From sequence record SRR20825006_350: DNA of 39,856 nt; one strand, written 5' to 3'. The notes beneath the pieces are model-generated. The model had not been told where the DNA came from, did no database searches, and saw only the letters and a program-made list of their open reading frames with translations. The position numbers and the translations under genes are program-made. Positions 20,230 through 30,398 of the stretch are shown in pieces; position 1 is the first letter of the stretch; the number at the start of each line of letters is the position of its first letter.

Positions 20230-20367
20230 TCACTCCTCGGGGGCCGCGGCGTCCTTTCTCGAGCGGCGCGCGAGGTACCAGAGCCCGACCATCACCGCCA
20301 GGAGGATCCAGGCGAGCACGACCAGAAAGGTCGGGTCCAGGTCGGCGGCTTCGAAACCAAACTCCAC
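20230..20367 (-). CDS. 45-aa single-pass membrane protein (below ORF-track cutoff)
   Basis: GGAG 5 nt before GTG; MEFGFEAADLDPTFLVVLAWILLAVMVGLWYLARRSRKDAAAPEE*; GC-rich third positions; stop 1 nt from the convergent ykgJ-like stop. Confidence 0.65.
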   Translation of the reverse strand: MEFGFEAADLDPTFLVVLAWILLAVMVGLWYLARRSRKDAAAPEE

Positions 20368-20565
20368 GTGCGCTCCATACGAATCGAGAGAACCTCACCC
20401 GACGATTTGTAGCACAGGGCCAGGTCACCTCCAAGAATTGCATGACGCGGGCTGCTGAACCGGACTCGCCCGTCCCCCTCACGGCGTCAACGCAGACACA
20501 CAGCGCAGACGCCTGCCTCCCCCGAACCGCGAACGCACCGGCTCGCAGGTTAGCAGCCTGGAGCG

Positions 20566-20591
20566 GTTGTCATGCATTCATGCATGACAAC
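20566..20591. repeat. Perfect 12-bp-arm palindrome, operator-like
   Basis: gttgtcatgcat-tc-atgcatgacaac; extra TGCATGAC half-site at 20439-20446. Confidence 0.8.
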
Positions 20592-20693
20592 GCGCGCGTT
20601 AACCCGCGAGCCCTTCGTCTGACCGCAAAGGTTCTTTTCAACGTGAACTTGTTCGAGAATGGCAACGAGCGGCGACAGCTCACGCGAGCGGGT

Positions 20694-21557
20694 TCAACGC
20701 GCCACGAGGTCCACTGCGCGAGCGAAGCGCTCGATTCGTGAAGCGACCTCGGCGCGCGCCACTTCGAGCTGAGGCAAATCGATAACCTCGGTCCCGAGGC
20801 ACCTGAGCACGGCCTCGTATGCGCCTGGCTCGACGCCGACTTGCTCGGATGGCCCCCTTCGTCGAGGCGTCTGTAGCCCCTCGCCAGGGGTCACTTGCCC
20901 GAACATCCCGTCCTCGGCGCGGTGCGGCCAGTCGCGCTTGAGCTCGAAGTAGGAAGCGGCAGCTTCGATGGCGTCTTCTCTGGCGAGAGTACGCGCTGTC
21001 GGCATCATCCCGTTGCTCCTCGCGGCGTGCTCGAACAGCTCTCGGACAAAGCGCGTGTCCGTGATCACCAACCCATACAGGTAGCTGTCCTGGACGGCCT
21101 GGAGCACCAACCACTTCTCGTCCTCGCGCATCACATCGTGCGCGGCGCAAAGGTAATCCTCGCAGATGCTGCGATCATAAACGCCGCAATCGCGGCCATC
21201 GACGCCATCGTTTTGGAAGGGGTGCACGAGACAGCCGACCTTGCCGCGCATGATCGCCTCGGTGTCGTCATGGCTGATATCCGCGCTCTTTAGCTCGAGC
21301 AGCCCGAGGAAGGGACAGCTCGGCAGCTCGCCGAGCAGCTTGTCCTCGGGCGCAGGCTCCCACTCGGCGCGAAAGCGCTCCAACGAGTCAGGCTCGTCGA
21401 TATCGCACGACGCGCGGTAGGCGCGCGTGCGCTCGATGAGCCTGGACATGGTCTGTTTGAAGGTGCGCTCGTCGCGCTGGTTGTACATGCCGCAACAGGC
21501 GCCACAACTCTTGACGCCGTCAGGCTGGCAGAGCGTCCTGGGTACACGTCGACCCAT
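20694..21557 (-). CDS. Cys-rich hypothetical protein (putative metal/Fe-S cluster)
   Basis: AAGGAG RBS; LCQPDGVKSCGACCG, CPFLG, GCLVHP, DCGVYDRSICEDYLC. Confidence 0.8.
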   Translation of the reverse strand: MGRRVPRTLCQPDGVKSCGACCGMYNQRDERTFKQTMSRLIERTRAYRASCDIDEPDSLERFRAEWEPAPEDKLLGELPSCPFLGLLELKSADISHDDTEAIMRGKVGCLVHPFQNDGVDGRDCGVYDRSICEDYLCAAHDVMREDEKWLVLQAVQDSYLYGLVITDTRFVRELFEHAARSNGMMPTARTLAREDAIEAAASYFELKRDWPHRAEDGMFGQVTPGEGLQTPRRRGPSEQVGVEPGAYEAVLRCLGTEVIDLPQLEVARAEVASRIERFARAVDLVAR

Positions 21558-21613
21558 GACTCACTCCTTTGTTTTCACGCGGGGAAGGTGGAAAGCTCGC
21601 TCCAGCGAGTGCT

Positions 21614-22357
21614 TTACGGGCAGCTCTTCTCGGGGTTGAGCTGACGCGCGCTCTTTGGCGGCGTGAACTGGAACTTCTTGGCGTCGAGGTTGCCGTTGAA
21701 CTTGACCTTGCTGAACACGATCTCGTTGGTGTTCCCGTAAGGATCGTAGATGGTCGTCTTCAAGACCTGGTAAGTCCCACCGTCGAGCACGAAGCGAAGC
21801 TCCTTGTACTTGGAGGTCGGCTTCTTTGGCACGAGCTTGAGCACGGGTCGCTTGTCCGTGGACCCATCAGTCAGCGTCGCGTCGAAGGACTCGAGCAAGT
21901 CGCCCTCGCCCATCAGGAAAGAAACACTGGTGGGGAGCTTGGAGTTCGAGAGGCACTCCTTGAAGACCTGCTGGAACTCGAGCTCATAGATCCAGAATGC
22001 TTTTCCGTCCGCGATCATGCTCTTGTGCAGCGCGTACTTCTTGTCCTTCCCGGCCTGGTAGTAATCCCAGCGCATCATCCCGGGCTTCTTGATGTAGACG
22101 TTACCGACGCTTGTCTTGGACTCGCCAGCGGCCTGATCGGTGTAGACTTGCTTGAAGGACGCCTGGAAGTCCTTGGTCTTGTCGTAGAACGCCTGCATCT
22201 TGCGGGCGACCTCGTCAGCGTTTTCCTCGCTCTCCTGAGCAGTCGCAGCGGAAGCGGTCATCAACACGCCAGCCGCGCCGAGCGCGAGCATGGAGGCAAA
22301 GAGAGGGAGCGCGCGTCTTTTCATCGTCTCGAGAGTCTTCATCGTTTCAACCTGCAT
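21614..22357 (-). CDS. lolA: Outer-membrane lipoprotein carrier LolA
   Basis: Signal peptide; FQASFKQ, IKKPGMMRWDY, IADGKAFWIY, FQFTPP. Start could be a downstream ATG. Confidence 0.88.
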   Translation of the reverse strand: MQVETMKTLETMKRRALPLFASMLALGAAGVLMTASAATAQESEENADEVARKMQAFYDKTKDFQASFKQVYTDQAAGESKTSVGNVYIKKPGMMRWDYYQAGKDKKYALHKSMIADGKAFWIYELEFQQVFKECLSNSKLPTSVSFLMGEGDLLESFDATLTDGSTDKRPVLKLVPKKPTSKYKELRFVLDGGTYQVLKTTIYDPYGNTNEIVFSKVKFNGNLDAKKFQFTPPKSARQLNPEKSCP

Positions 22358-22627
22358 CCTGTATAACGTCGCGCCTTACAGTTCATCGCTCGAGCGATGA
22401 TACTCGAACAAGGCGCGTCATTTCATTTCTGTTCTCCGGGCAGCGCCTCGAAAAACCTATCATGCTCGCTCCATAGAACAAGCGTGATGGCCAGAGGTGC
22501 TAAGAAGCAAGACGAGCAGACGGGGAAAATATTTATTCACGCCGAGAGCTCTGGCCTTTTGAATCGGCACGCTCGCTACACCCACACCTCAACAACACTC
22601 GTCGCGGGCAGAAGTTGTTCCAGTTTG

Positions 22628-23938
22628 TCATCCGACGAGCTGTTCGAGCGGCTCGCTGTCCTCGTCGATGCGCTCGAGCCTGGCGATCTCGACGCTGATG
22701 ACCTTCTTCTCGTCCGCGTCGAGCACGCGGAAGACGAGGTTCTTCCACAAGATCTCCTCGCCGGACTCGGGCACCGTGCCCGATTGAGACATCAGGAAAC
22801 CGCCGAGGGTTTCGTAGTCCTTCTCCTCGGGGAGATCGACCTCGAAGTACTCCTCGATTTCGTAGATGGGCACCCTGGCGTCAGCGCGCAGGACATCCTC
22901 GCTTATCGGGATGAGCTGCTCTGGCTCGATGTCGTACTCGTCCTGAATTTCGCCAAAGAACTCCTCGACGATGTCCTCGAGCGTGATCAATCCGTCGGTG
23001 CCACCGAACTCATCGACGACGATCGCCATGTGAATGCGTTGGCGTTGGAACTCGGCGAACAGATCGGCGATCCGCTTGCTCTCGGGGACAAAGAACGGCT
23101 TGTGGAGGAAGGCGCGGATGTCGAAGGCCTCGGCCTCCTTGGCGTGCCCCACGATCTTTATCAGATCCTTGGCGTAGAAGATGCCGATGATGTTGTCGAC
23201 GGTCTCCTCGTAAACAGGCAGTCGGCTGTGGCCGCACTGGATGAGCAGGTCGACGATCTCGTCGAGCGCCATATCCTCGCTGATAAACACGGCGTCGGTG
23301 CGCGGGACCATGATCTCGCGGATCATCGTGTCATTGAACTCGAACACCGAGCGCAGCATCCGCTCGCGATCCTCGGAGAAGGTGCCCTCGCGCGAGCCGA
23401 GGTCGATCATGTACTCGATCTCCTCGGCGGTCACGAAGGGGGCGCGCTGCGAGGGGTCATTGCCGAGCCAGGTCATGATCCGGCGCGTCATCTGCGAGAA
23501 GATCAGCGTGAACGGGTAGAAGAGCGCGTAGGGAACCTGCAAGAGGATCATCATCGGCGCGGCGAGCTGCTTGTACATCCGCTTGGCGATCGCCTTCGGG
23601 GTGATCTCGCCAAAGGTGAGCAACAGGAACGTCATCACGCCGACGGCGACAGGGATCGCCCAATCCGCCGCGCTCGTTCCTTCGAGCAGGCGATTGGCGA
23701 GATCCGTCGCCAGCGCTGACGCGGTAATATTGAAGATATTGTTTCCGATCAGGATCGCGGTCAGCACCTTGATCGGATGATCCAGCCAGAGTTTCAAGGA
23801 TCGCGACGCGCCATCCTCGACCATCTTCTGGGTTTGTGGGCCACTCAGCGAGGTCAGGGCTGTCTCAGAGCTCGAGAAAAAGGCCGAGCCAATGAGACAG
23901 ATCAAGATCCCGATGGATTCCCATATGACGGTATCCAA
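22628..23938 (-). CDS. Hemolysin-family CNNM(DUF21)-CBS-CorC Mg2+/Co2+ transporter-type protein
   Basis: TTG 23938 with GAGGG upstream; SAFFSSSETAL, ILIGNN, FGEITPK, IMVPRTD, HSRLPVY, IVVDEFGGTDGLITLEDIVEE, GEIQDEYD, YETLGG. Confidence 0.92.
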   Translation of the reverse strand: MDTVIWESIGILICLIGSAFFSSSETALTSLSGPQTQKMVEDGASRSLKLWLDHPIKVLTAILIGNNIFNITASALATDLANRLLEGTSAADWAIPVAVGVMTFLLLTFGEITPKAIAKRMYKQLAAPMMILLQVPYALFYPFTLIFSQMTRRIMTWLGNDPSQRAPFVTAEEIEYMIDLGSREGTFSEDRERMLRSVFEFNDTMIREIMVPRTDAVFISEDMALDEIVDLLIQCGHSRLPVYEETVDNIIGIFYAKDLIKIVGHAKEAEAFDIRAFLHKPFFVPESKRIADLFAEFQRQRIHMAIVVDEFGGTDGLITLEDIVEEFFGEIQDEYDIEPEQLIPISEDVLRADARVPIYEIEEYFEVDLPEEKDYETLGGFLMSQSGTVPESGEEILWKNLVFRVLDADEKKVISVEIARLERIDEDSEPLEQLVG

Positions 23939-24306
23939 CGCGCCCTCACGCCTGCTTTGTATGGATGGAGTGTTCGCACACGCACAGCAAGAAATGCAGG
24001 CGCGAAGCCCGAGCGATCCCGTGAACACGCAGCGGTGTCCGGGTCAGGATGTCGTCGGTCGATGGAGGTTCCGAATCGTTCATTTGAGCGGTCAAACGCT
24101 ACCTCACACACATCACGCACGAATCTGCCCGTGATCGTGGAGAGAGGGTCGAGTCACGTGCTGTTTGTGTTTTCGAGGACATCTGGCTAAAAGCAAGGCG
24201 CCTCGACCACGTGACGAATGATCGGAATTATGAGCGCGCGCGGTGAAAGAGTCAAGTACACGGCACAGCGCCGATCCTCAGTTCAGCAGGTCAGCGAGAG
24301 CAAAAC

Positions 24307-25557
24307 ATGAGCGAGAACACGACCTCCAACCAAATCGACAAGAGCGTTCTTGTGCGGCTCGCGCCCGTCCTCTTGCTCAACCTCACCGCGTTCGCGGTGG
24401 CCATTCCGATCTTGCCGGCGTTGACCGAGGCGATGGGTGGCGAGGGGTTCGAGGTCGGCGCGCTGTTCGCGATACAGGCGACGGGTCAGCTGATGATGGC
24501 GCCGCTGTGGGGGAAGCTCTCCGATCGCATCGGGCGAAAGCCGATCCTGCTCGTCACGATCATGGGCGCCTTGCTGGCGGATGTATGGACGAGCTTTACC
24601 GATACGCTCGTGCTGTTATTCGCGGCGCGGTTTGTCGCCGGGTTGTTTGCAGGGAACATCGCCACGGCGTCCGCGCTCATCGCGGACGCCACCGACCTGA
24701 AGTCGCGCAGCAAGGGGATGGCGATCGTCGGGATCTGTTTTGGCCTCGGGTTCACGCTGGGGCCGGGGATCGGCGCGGCGGCGAGTTACTTCGCGCCGGA
24801 TGAACTGGGCCCGATGGGCAGAGGGTTGCCGTTTTTGATCGCCGCGGGCATCAACGCCTTGGTGGTGATCCTCGCCGGGGTGTTCTTGAAGGAAGCGAGC
24901 AGCAGCGAGGAGGCGCGCAGGCAGGCGCGCGAGTCGCGAAAGGTCGACTCCATCGCCTCGCTGCTCGCCAGAAGAGCGATCGCGATCATGTCCGGCTTCT
25001 TCCTCACCTATTCGATCACTGTGACGATCCTCGAGACCACCTTCTACCTCTACATGGCCAAGGTTTATGGCTATGACGAATCGCAGGTGGGGATGTTCTT
25101 TGCAGGTATGGGCTTGCTCGCGGCGACGGTCCAGGGCGGCGTGGGGAGGATCTCATCGAGGATCGGGGATAAGCGCATGACCTTTGTCGGCGTGCTGTTA
25201 CTCTCGACGGGGCTTATCATCGCGACGCTCTACGAGACGCTCTGGTTCCTGATCATCTTTTTGGCCATCGCGGCGATCGGTCGCGCGCTGCTCCAACCGG
25301 GCGGCATGGCCATCATGAGCTCGCTGGCAAAGGACGATCAGGAGACAGGGAAGGTCATGGGGCTCATGCAGAGTTCGCAGAGCCTCGGGCGCATCCTCGG
25401 GCCTGTGCTCGGCGGCCTGCTCTATGATCACCTGGCGCCGCGCGCGCCGTTTATCGCTGCCGGGTGTCTGCTGGCGAGCGTCGGCATCTGGTGGTGGTTT
25501 GCCTTCGGCAAGGCTTCAGGACAAAACGCAGGCTCCTCGGCATCCTCCGAAACCTGA
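24307..25557 (+). CDS. MFS transporter, TetA/DHA1-like
   Basis: About 12 TMs; motif A GKLSDRIGRKPIL; antiporter motif C GLGFTLGPGIG. Confidence 0.92.
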   Translation: MSENTTSNQIDKSVLVRLAPVLLLNLTAFAVAIPILPALTEAMGGEGFEVGALFAIQATGQLMMAPLWGKLSDRIGRKPILLVTIMGALLADVWTSFTDTLVLLFAARFVAGLFAGNIATASALIADATDLKSRSKGMAIVGICFGLGFTLGPGIGAAASYFAPDELGPMGRGLPFLIAAGINALVVILAGVFLKEASSSEEARRQARESRKVDSIASLLARRAIAIMSGFFLTYSITVTILETTFYLYMAKVYGYDESQVGMFFAGMGLLAATVQGGVGRISSRIGDKRMTFVGVLLLSTGLIIATLYETLWFLIIFLAIAAIGRALLQPGGMAIMSSLAKDDQETGKVMGLMQSSQSLGRILGPVLGGLLYDHLAPRAPFIAAGCLLASVGIWWWFAFGKASGQNAGSSASSET

Positions 25558-25682
25558 TCCCACGAATCAGACAGGAAGCTCTCCGAGCAGCGAGGCGATC
25601 TCTGCGCCGAGGATGTCGCTATATATAAGGAGTGATCACTGAGTGTGATCACACGGGTGCTCGAAACGCGGCGGAAAGCCGA

Positions 25683-25765
25683 GCAAAAGGAAGCCCGCGA
25701 CAAATTGCCCGACCTGGGAGTCAGACTCACCGAGGGCTGGCAATTTGTCGCGGGCTTCCTTTTGC
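25683..25765. repeat. Perfect 27-bp inverted repeat with 29-nt spacer (long bidirectional terminator or miniature element)
   Basis: gcaaaaggaagcccgcgacaaattgcc (25683-25709) / ggcaatttgtcgcgggcttccttttgc (25739-25765); spacer contains gagtc-a-gactc. Confidence 0.9.
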
Positions 25766-26247
25766 GTGCCGCACCGCATCGTATGGGGAGAATGTTCACC
25801 TCGAGGGATGGAAACGGCGTCCATTTCGAGGAGATAAGAGCGCGAGGATACGGCGTGAACATGGCTCGGATCAGACCTGATGCGTCAAATTGCCACGCTG
25901 AGTTATGGAAAACGTGCCGTTATGCTCCAAAGTGGATAAGAGGGGCGTATTCCAGGTTTTTTCGAAAGTTTTGGAAGAGCTCGAGTATGGAGACAGGGTG
26001 ACGAAGAGAATGCCTCGAGAGAGGTAAGGGATTCAAAAACCATCGTTTCCGGCATCGAGAGCCCCTGAAAACAGAAGATAAAACGGGACCTTCCACCGCA
26101 TAAATCAAGGCGAAAACGAAGGTCATGCGACTCGGACAAACGAGTTGACAGCGGCTTATTCCCATGGGATGAAGTCGCACGAATTTTCGGTCCTGCGGGA
26201 ACCGGTCACAGGTACGCCGTTTCCAGGTAAAGGGAGACGAGACGCAT

Positions 26248-26757
26248 ATGAAGCTCAAAGCACTTCGAATCATGGTCGCGCTGGCCGTCACGGTCTTGAT
26301 CGGGTTCAGCGCGTGTATCAACCCGCGCATCGGGTATGCCCCCGAGCAACCGATCGCGTTTAGCCACCAGCTCCACGCGGGTCAAAACCAGATCCCGTGT
26401 CGCTATTGCCACGTGTCAGTGGGTGAAGGTCCTCACGCCTCGGTACCGAGCGTGAACACCTGCATGAACTGTCACAGCTTGGTCAAGACCAACAGCCCGG
26501 AGGTCAAGAAGATCCGGGATGCCTGGGCCAACAACGAGCCGATCGAGTGGGTCAAGGTCCACGATCTGCCAGACCACGCGCGCTTTAGTCACCAGCCGCA
26601 CATCCAGGCGGGTGTCGACTGTGTGGCATGCCACGGTCAGGTTAACACGATGGAGGTCGTCTCGGTGCAGAAGCCCTTCAACATGGGTTGGTGTGTCAAC
26701 TGCCACCGACAGCCCGAGCACAACGCTCCGGTCGACTGTGTGACCTGTCACTACTGA
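26248..26757 (+). CDS. actA: Alternative complex III pentaheme cytochrome c subunit
   Basis: Five CxxCH (CRYCH, CMNCH, CVACH, CVNCH, CVTCH), PEQPIAFSHQLH, WVKVHDLPD, MGWC. Confidence 0.93.
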   Translation: MKLKALRIMVALAVTVLIGFSACINPRIGYAPEQPIAFSHQLHAGQNQIPCRYCHVSVGEGPHASVPSVNTCMNCHSLVKTNSPEVKKIRDAWANNEPIEWVKVHDLPDHARFSHQPHIQAGVDCVACHGQVNTMEVVSVQKPFNMGWCVNCHRQPEHNAPVDCVTCHY

Positions 26758-26797
26758 TGATGATTCATCTCAACTGTCTGTGCGAAGTGATCCGACG

Positions 26798-29700
26798 ATG
26801 AAGAACAACAAGCGCAAACCTTCTTATATCCCTCGCCACGCCGAGCCAGAGCCAGGCGCCGAGGTCACGATGCGCCATACCCCCGATGGTGGGGTGTCGG
26901 TGAGTTTCTCTGATGGCTCGGACGACCTGAAAGTGGGTCGCCGCGAGTTCATGAGGATCTCTGGCGTGGCCGCGGCCACGGCAGCGATGGTCGGCAGCGG
27001 CTGCGACGCGATGCGCAATCCGGTCGAGAAGATCGTGCCATACGTCGATCGCCCTGAAGAGACGCGCATCGGGAAGTTCAGCACCTACGCTTCCGTCTGG
27101 GAAGGCGTGGGTATCCTGGTCAAGACGCGCGCGGGCCGCCCGGTCAAGCTCGAGGGTAACCCGAAGCACCCGACCTCACGTGGCGCTCTGAGCGCGCGCG
27201 GGCAGTCCTCCTACATGCGTCTCTACGACCCGGATCGAGCGCGCACGCCGCTCTCGATCAAGGGAGAGACGACCGAGAAGCGTTCGCTCTCGGAGTTGGA
27301 CACCGAAGTCATCGCGATGCTCAAGAACGCGGGCAAGCAGGCCAAGGTCGCGCTGTTGACCAACACGCTGACGGGCTCTGCGCAGGAAGCGCTGATCAAA
27401 GAGATCGGCGGCGCGCTCGGCGGGTTCAAGCACTACACCTACGACGCGGTCAACGACGAGTCGCTCGTGGTGGCGAATGAGGCGAGCTATGGCTCGCGTC
27501 ACATTCCTCACTACCAGTTCGAGAAGGCGGATCTCGTCGTCTCGCTCCAGAGTGATTTCCTGGGCACCTGGCTCTCGCCGGTGGAGTTCGCCAAGCAGTT
27601 CTCCTCGCGTCGCACGCCAGACGGTCAGATGAACCGCATGGTCGCCTTCGAAGGTCCTCTGACCTTGACGGGCGCCAACGCCGACGAGCGCCACCGCGTG
27701 CGCACGAGCGATCTCGTGTATGTCGCGCTCGGGCTTGCCCACGAGGTGATCGTCACGGCCAAGAAGGGACCTCTGGCAAATGATGCGACGGCAGCCGCCG
27801 CGCTCGCGCCGTTCTCTCCAAAGGCTGTGGCGACGCACACGGGGCTGTCTGAGGACGTCTTCAAGAAGCTTGGCGCGGAGCTCGCGGGCAAGGTCGGAAA
27901 GGGCCTCGTGGTCGCGGGCGGCGTGGCATCTGCGACGCCAACGGGCGTCGAGCTCGAGGCCGCGGTCAACCTGCTCAACGCAGCGCTCGGCGCAGATGGC
28001 AACACCATCGACCGCACGCGCATCAGCCGTCAGTCTGGAGGTCAGTATGGCCAGCTCAAGCAGCTGCTCGCTGACATCGAGGCGTCCAAGGTTCAGGTCC
28101 TGATCATCTCTGGCACGAACCCAGGGTATTCGGCGCCGCCGGAGCTCAAGTTCGCCGAGACGATCAAGAAGGTCCCGACGATCATCTGCTGCAACGACCG
28201 CGTGGACGAGACCGGCGCGCTGGCCAACCTTTTGGCGCCAGCAAGCCATTACCTCGAGGCGTGGGGCGACTCGCTCCCATTCGAGGGCGTCTACACCATT
28301 CAGCAGCCAGTGATTCGCCCTCTCTACGAGACGCGCGCGCTGGAAGAGCACCTGATCAACTGGTTTGGCGGCGCAGGGATCGTCCCCTCGCTCGCGTCAT
28401 ACCTTGGCAAGCAGGCAAAGCCAGCGGGCAACCACCCAGGCAAGGAAGAGGACATCATCGCGCGCTTCGACGCGGGCGCATGGTATCGCTACCTCCGCGC
28501 GCACTGGGAGAAAGAGGTTTACCCCAAGGCGAACGCCGTCAGCGGCTTCGACGACTTCTGGGAGTCTCTGCTCCGCCAGGGCGTCTGGGAGTCCCCCGAG
28601 GCGACGCGCAAGGCAGCGACCTTCAGGACGAGTCAGACGGTGGCGCTGTTGCCAAAGGCGATCGCGAAGCCTATCGCTCGCCAGGGATTGAGCAACAAAG
28701 AGCTGGTGATGATCTCGTCGGTGGGCCTGGGAGATGGCTCCGACGCGAACAACGGTCACCTGCAAGAGTTGCCTGACCCGATCACACGCACCACGTGGGA
28801 CTCCTACGTGATGGTCTCGCCAAAGACCTTCCGCGATGAAGGACTGGCAAACGGCGACCTCGTCACGATCCGTCCCGCAGGGAGCGAGAAGGAAGCGACC
28901 TTCCAGGTGATCATGGTCCCCGGCGTCCACGACGACGTCGTGGTTATCCCGATGGGTTATGGCCGCACGCACGCAGGCGCAGTCGCCAACGAGATCGGCA
29001 GCAACGCCTTCGCGTTCTCGCGCCAGCAGGCGACCGCGCTGGACGCAGCGAGCGGCGTGAGCCTTGCTCAAGATGGCAAGCTCTACCGCCAGGTGTTCAG
29101 TGGCTTCGAAGCCAAGCTCACCAAGACTGGTGACAACAAGCGTCTGGCGATCCCTCAGGGGTCGCAAGTGATCGACGTGCACTACCGTGGCATCGTCTCC
29201 TTCGCGACGCTCGACCAGTACAAAGAAAATCAAACCTCGGGCATCCACCTCCACCCACCGCTCAAGGATCTGTGGGAGGACCACAACTACACCCTCAAGT
29301 GGGGCATGAGCGTCGACTTGACGAAGTGCACCGGGTGTTCGGCGTGTGTGATCGCCTGTCAGGAAGAGAACAATATCCCAGTTGTGGGGCGTCAGGGCGT
29401 GATCGAGGGCCGCGAGATGGCCTGGTTGCGCATCGACCGCTACTACAAGCTGCCGGAGCGCGAGGACCTGCACCACAAGCGCGAGAGCGTGACGCACGAT
29501 CCGATGTTCGCCGAAGAGCCCTACGTGGCGATGAGCGAGTACCTGGATGAGACGCGCGTGGTGTTCCAGCCAATGATGTGTCAGCACTGCGAGAACGCGC
29601 CATGCGAGACGGTCTGTCCCGTCCTGGCGACGATGCACTCGAGTGATGGCCTCAACCAGATGGCTTACAACCGCTGCGTCGGCACGCGCTACTGCTCGAA

Positions 29701-30235
29701 CAACTGTCCGTTCAAGGTGCGTCGCTTCAACTGGTACAACTACTCGGAGGATCGCAGCGATACGTTCTTCGCGTCGCTCTACCCCGAGCTCAAGCAGCAT
29801 GGCCGCTACAACGTGGCGGAGCCGCTCTCGATGGGCTTCAACCCCGAGGTCACGGTCCGCGCACGTGGTGTCATGGAGAAGTGCACCTTCTGCGTGCAGC
29901 GCATCCGCCGCGCCAAGTGGCAGGCCAAGCGCGAAGGTCGCCTCAAGATGCGTGATGGCGATGTCATCACGGCCTGTCAGCAAAGCTGCCCCTCGGACGC
30001 GATCACCTTCGGGAACCTCGTCGACGAGAACAGCGAAGTGGCCAAGAAGCATGCGCTGGCGCGTGCGCTCAGCCCGCTCGGAGAGATCGGAGTGGAGTCG
30101 AGCGTGGCGTACCTGACGCGCGTGATTCACGGCGAGAAGGTCGACCCGATGGGTGTTGCCAAGACCGCAGGGGCTGGCGACGCAGCCAAGGCAGATGCCA
30201 AGCACGAAGGCGATCACGCCGGCGGCGGGCACTGA
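26798..30235 (+). CDS. actB: Alternative complex III subunit B (molybdopterin-oxidoreductase-like + Fe-S domains)
   Basis: Tat motif GRREFMR then hydrophobic stretch and Cys (GSGC); [27 protein letters not shown]; Fe-S motifs [41 protein letters not shown]...CQQSCP. Confidence 0.95.
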   Translation: MKNNKRKPSYIPRHAEPEPGAEVTMRHTPDGGVSVSFSDGSDDLKVGRREFMRISGVAAATAAMVGSGCDAMRNPVEKIVPYVDRPEETRIGKFSTYASVWEGVGILVKTRAGRPVKLEGNPKHPTSRGALSARGQSSYMRLYDPDRARTPLSIKGETTEKRSLSELDTEVIAMLKNAGKQAKVALLTNTLTGSAQEALIKEIGGALGGFKHYTYDAVNDESLVVANEASYGSRHIPHYQFEKADLVVSLQSDFLGTWLSPVEFAKQFSSRRTPDGQMNRMVAFEGPLTLTGANADERHRVRTSDLVYVALGLAHEVIVTAKKGPLANDATAAAALAPFSPKAVATHTGLSEDVFKKLGAELAGKVGKGLVVAGGVASATPTGVELEAAVNLLNAALGADGNTIDRTRISRQSGGQYGQLKQLLADIEASKVQVLIISGTNPGYSAPPELKFAETIKKVPTIICCNDRVDETGALANLLAPASHYLEAWGDSLPFEGVYTIQQPVIRPLYETRALEEHLINWFGGAGIVPSLASYLGKQAKPAGNHPGKEEDIIARFDAGAWYRYLRAHWEKEVYPKANAVSGFDDFWESLLRQGVWESPEATRKAATFRTSQTVALLPKAIAKPIARQGLSNKELVMISSVGLGDGSDANNGHLQELPDPITRTTWDSYVMVSPKTFRDEGLANGDLVTIRPAGSEKEATFQVIMVPGVHDDVVVIPMGYGRTHAGAVANEIGSNAFAFSRQQATALDAASGVSLAQDGKLYRQVFSGFEAKLTKTGDNKRLAIPQGSQVIDVHYRGIVSFATLDQYKENQTSGIHLHPPLKDLWEDHNYTLKWGMSVDLTKCTGCSACVIACQEENNIPVVGRQGVIEGREMAWLRIDRYYKLPEREDLHHKRESVTHDPMFAEEPYVAMSEYLDETRVVFQPMMCQHCENAPCETVCPVLATMHSSDGLNQMAYNRCVGTRYCSNNCPFKVRRFNWYNYSEDRSDTFFASLYPELKQHGRYNVAEPLSMGFNPEVTVRARGVMEKCTFCVQRIRRAKWQAKREGRLKMRDGDVITACQQSCPSDAITFGNLVDENSEVAKKHALARALSPLGEIGVESSVAYLTRVIHGEKVDPMGVAKTAGAGDAAKADAKHEGDHAGGGH

Positions 30236-30398
30236 GAAGACTGATAGTGCATCGAGCACGAGGCCTTATCTCCCAAATCAGGAGAGGTGGGCCTCGAGGT
30301 TCGACGCAGATGAAAGAGAATAAGAGGTCGGTGAGTCAGACCTCGACAAGAGAGCTGACTCACCGGATGAGATTGATTCAAGCGCTGACGAGTCCGTC

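Noticed and set aside
26145-26173. TTGACA upstream of actA (and at 9071 upstream of glmM) as sigma70 promoters
   Set aside because: No convincing -10 hexamer at 16-18 nt spacing, so not called as features.
25428-26330. Short ORFs in the MFS-actA intergenic region
   Set aside because: No RBS or recognisable motifs; several just read through the inverted repeat (QKEARDKLP appears on both strands).
26798-29290. ActB N-terminal domain as an active molybdoenzyme
   Set aside because: In the actA-F context this domain is established as a cofactor-less molybdopterin-oxidoreductase-like scaffold.
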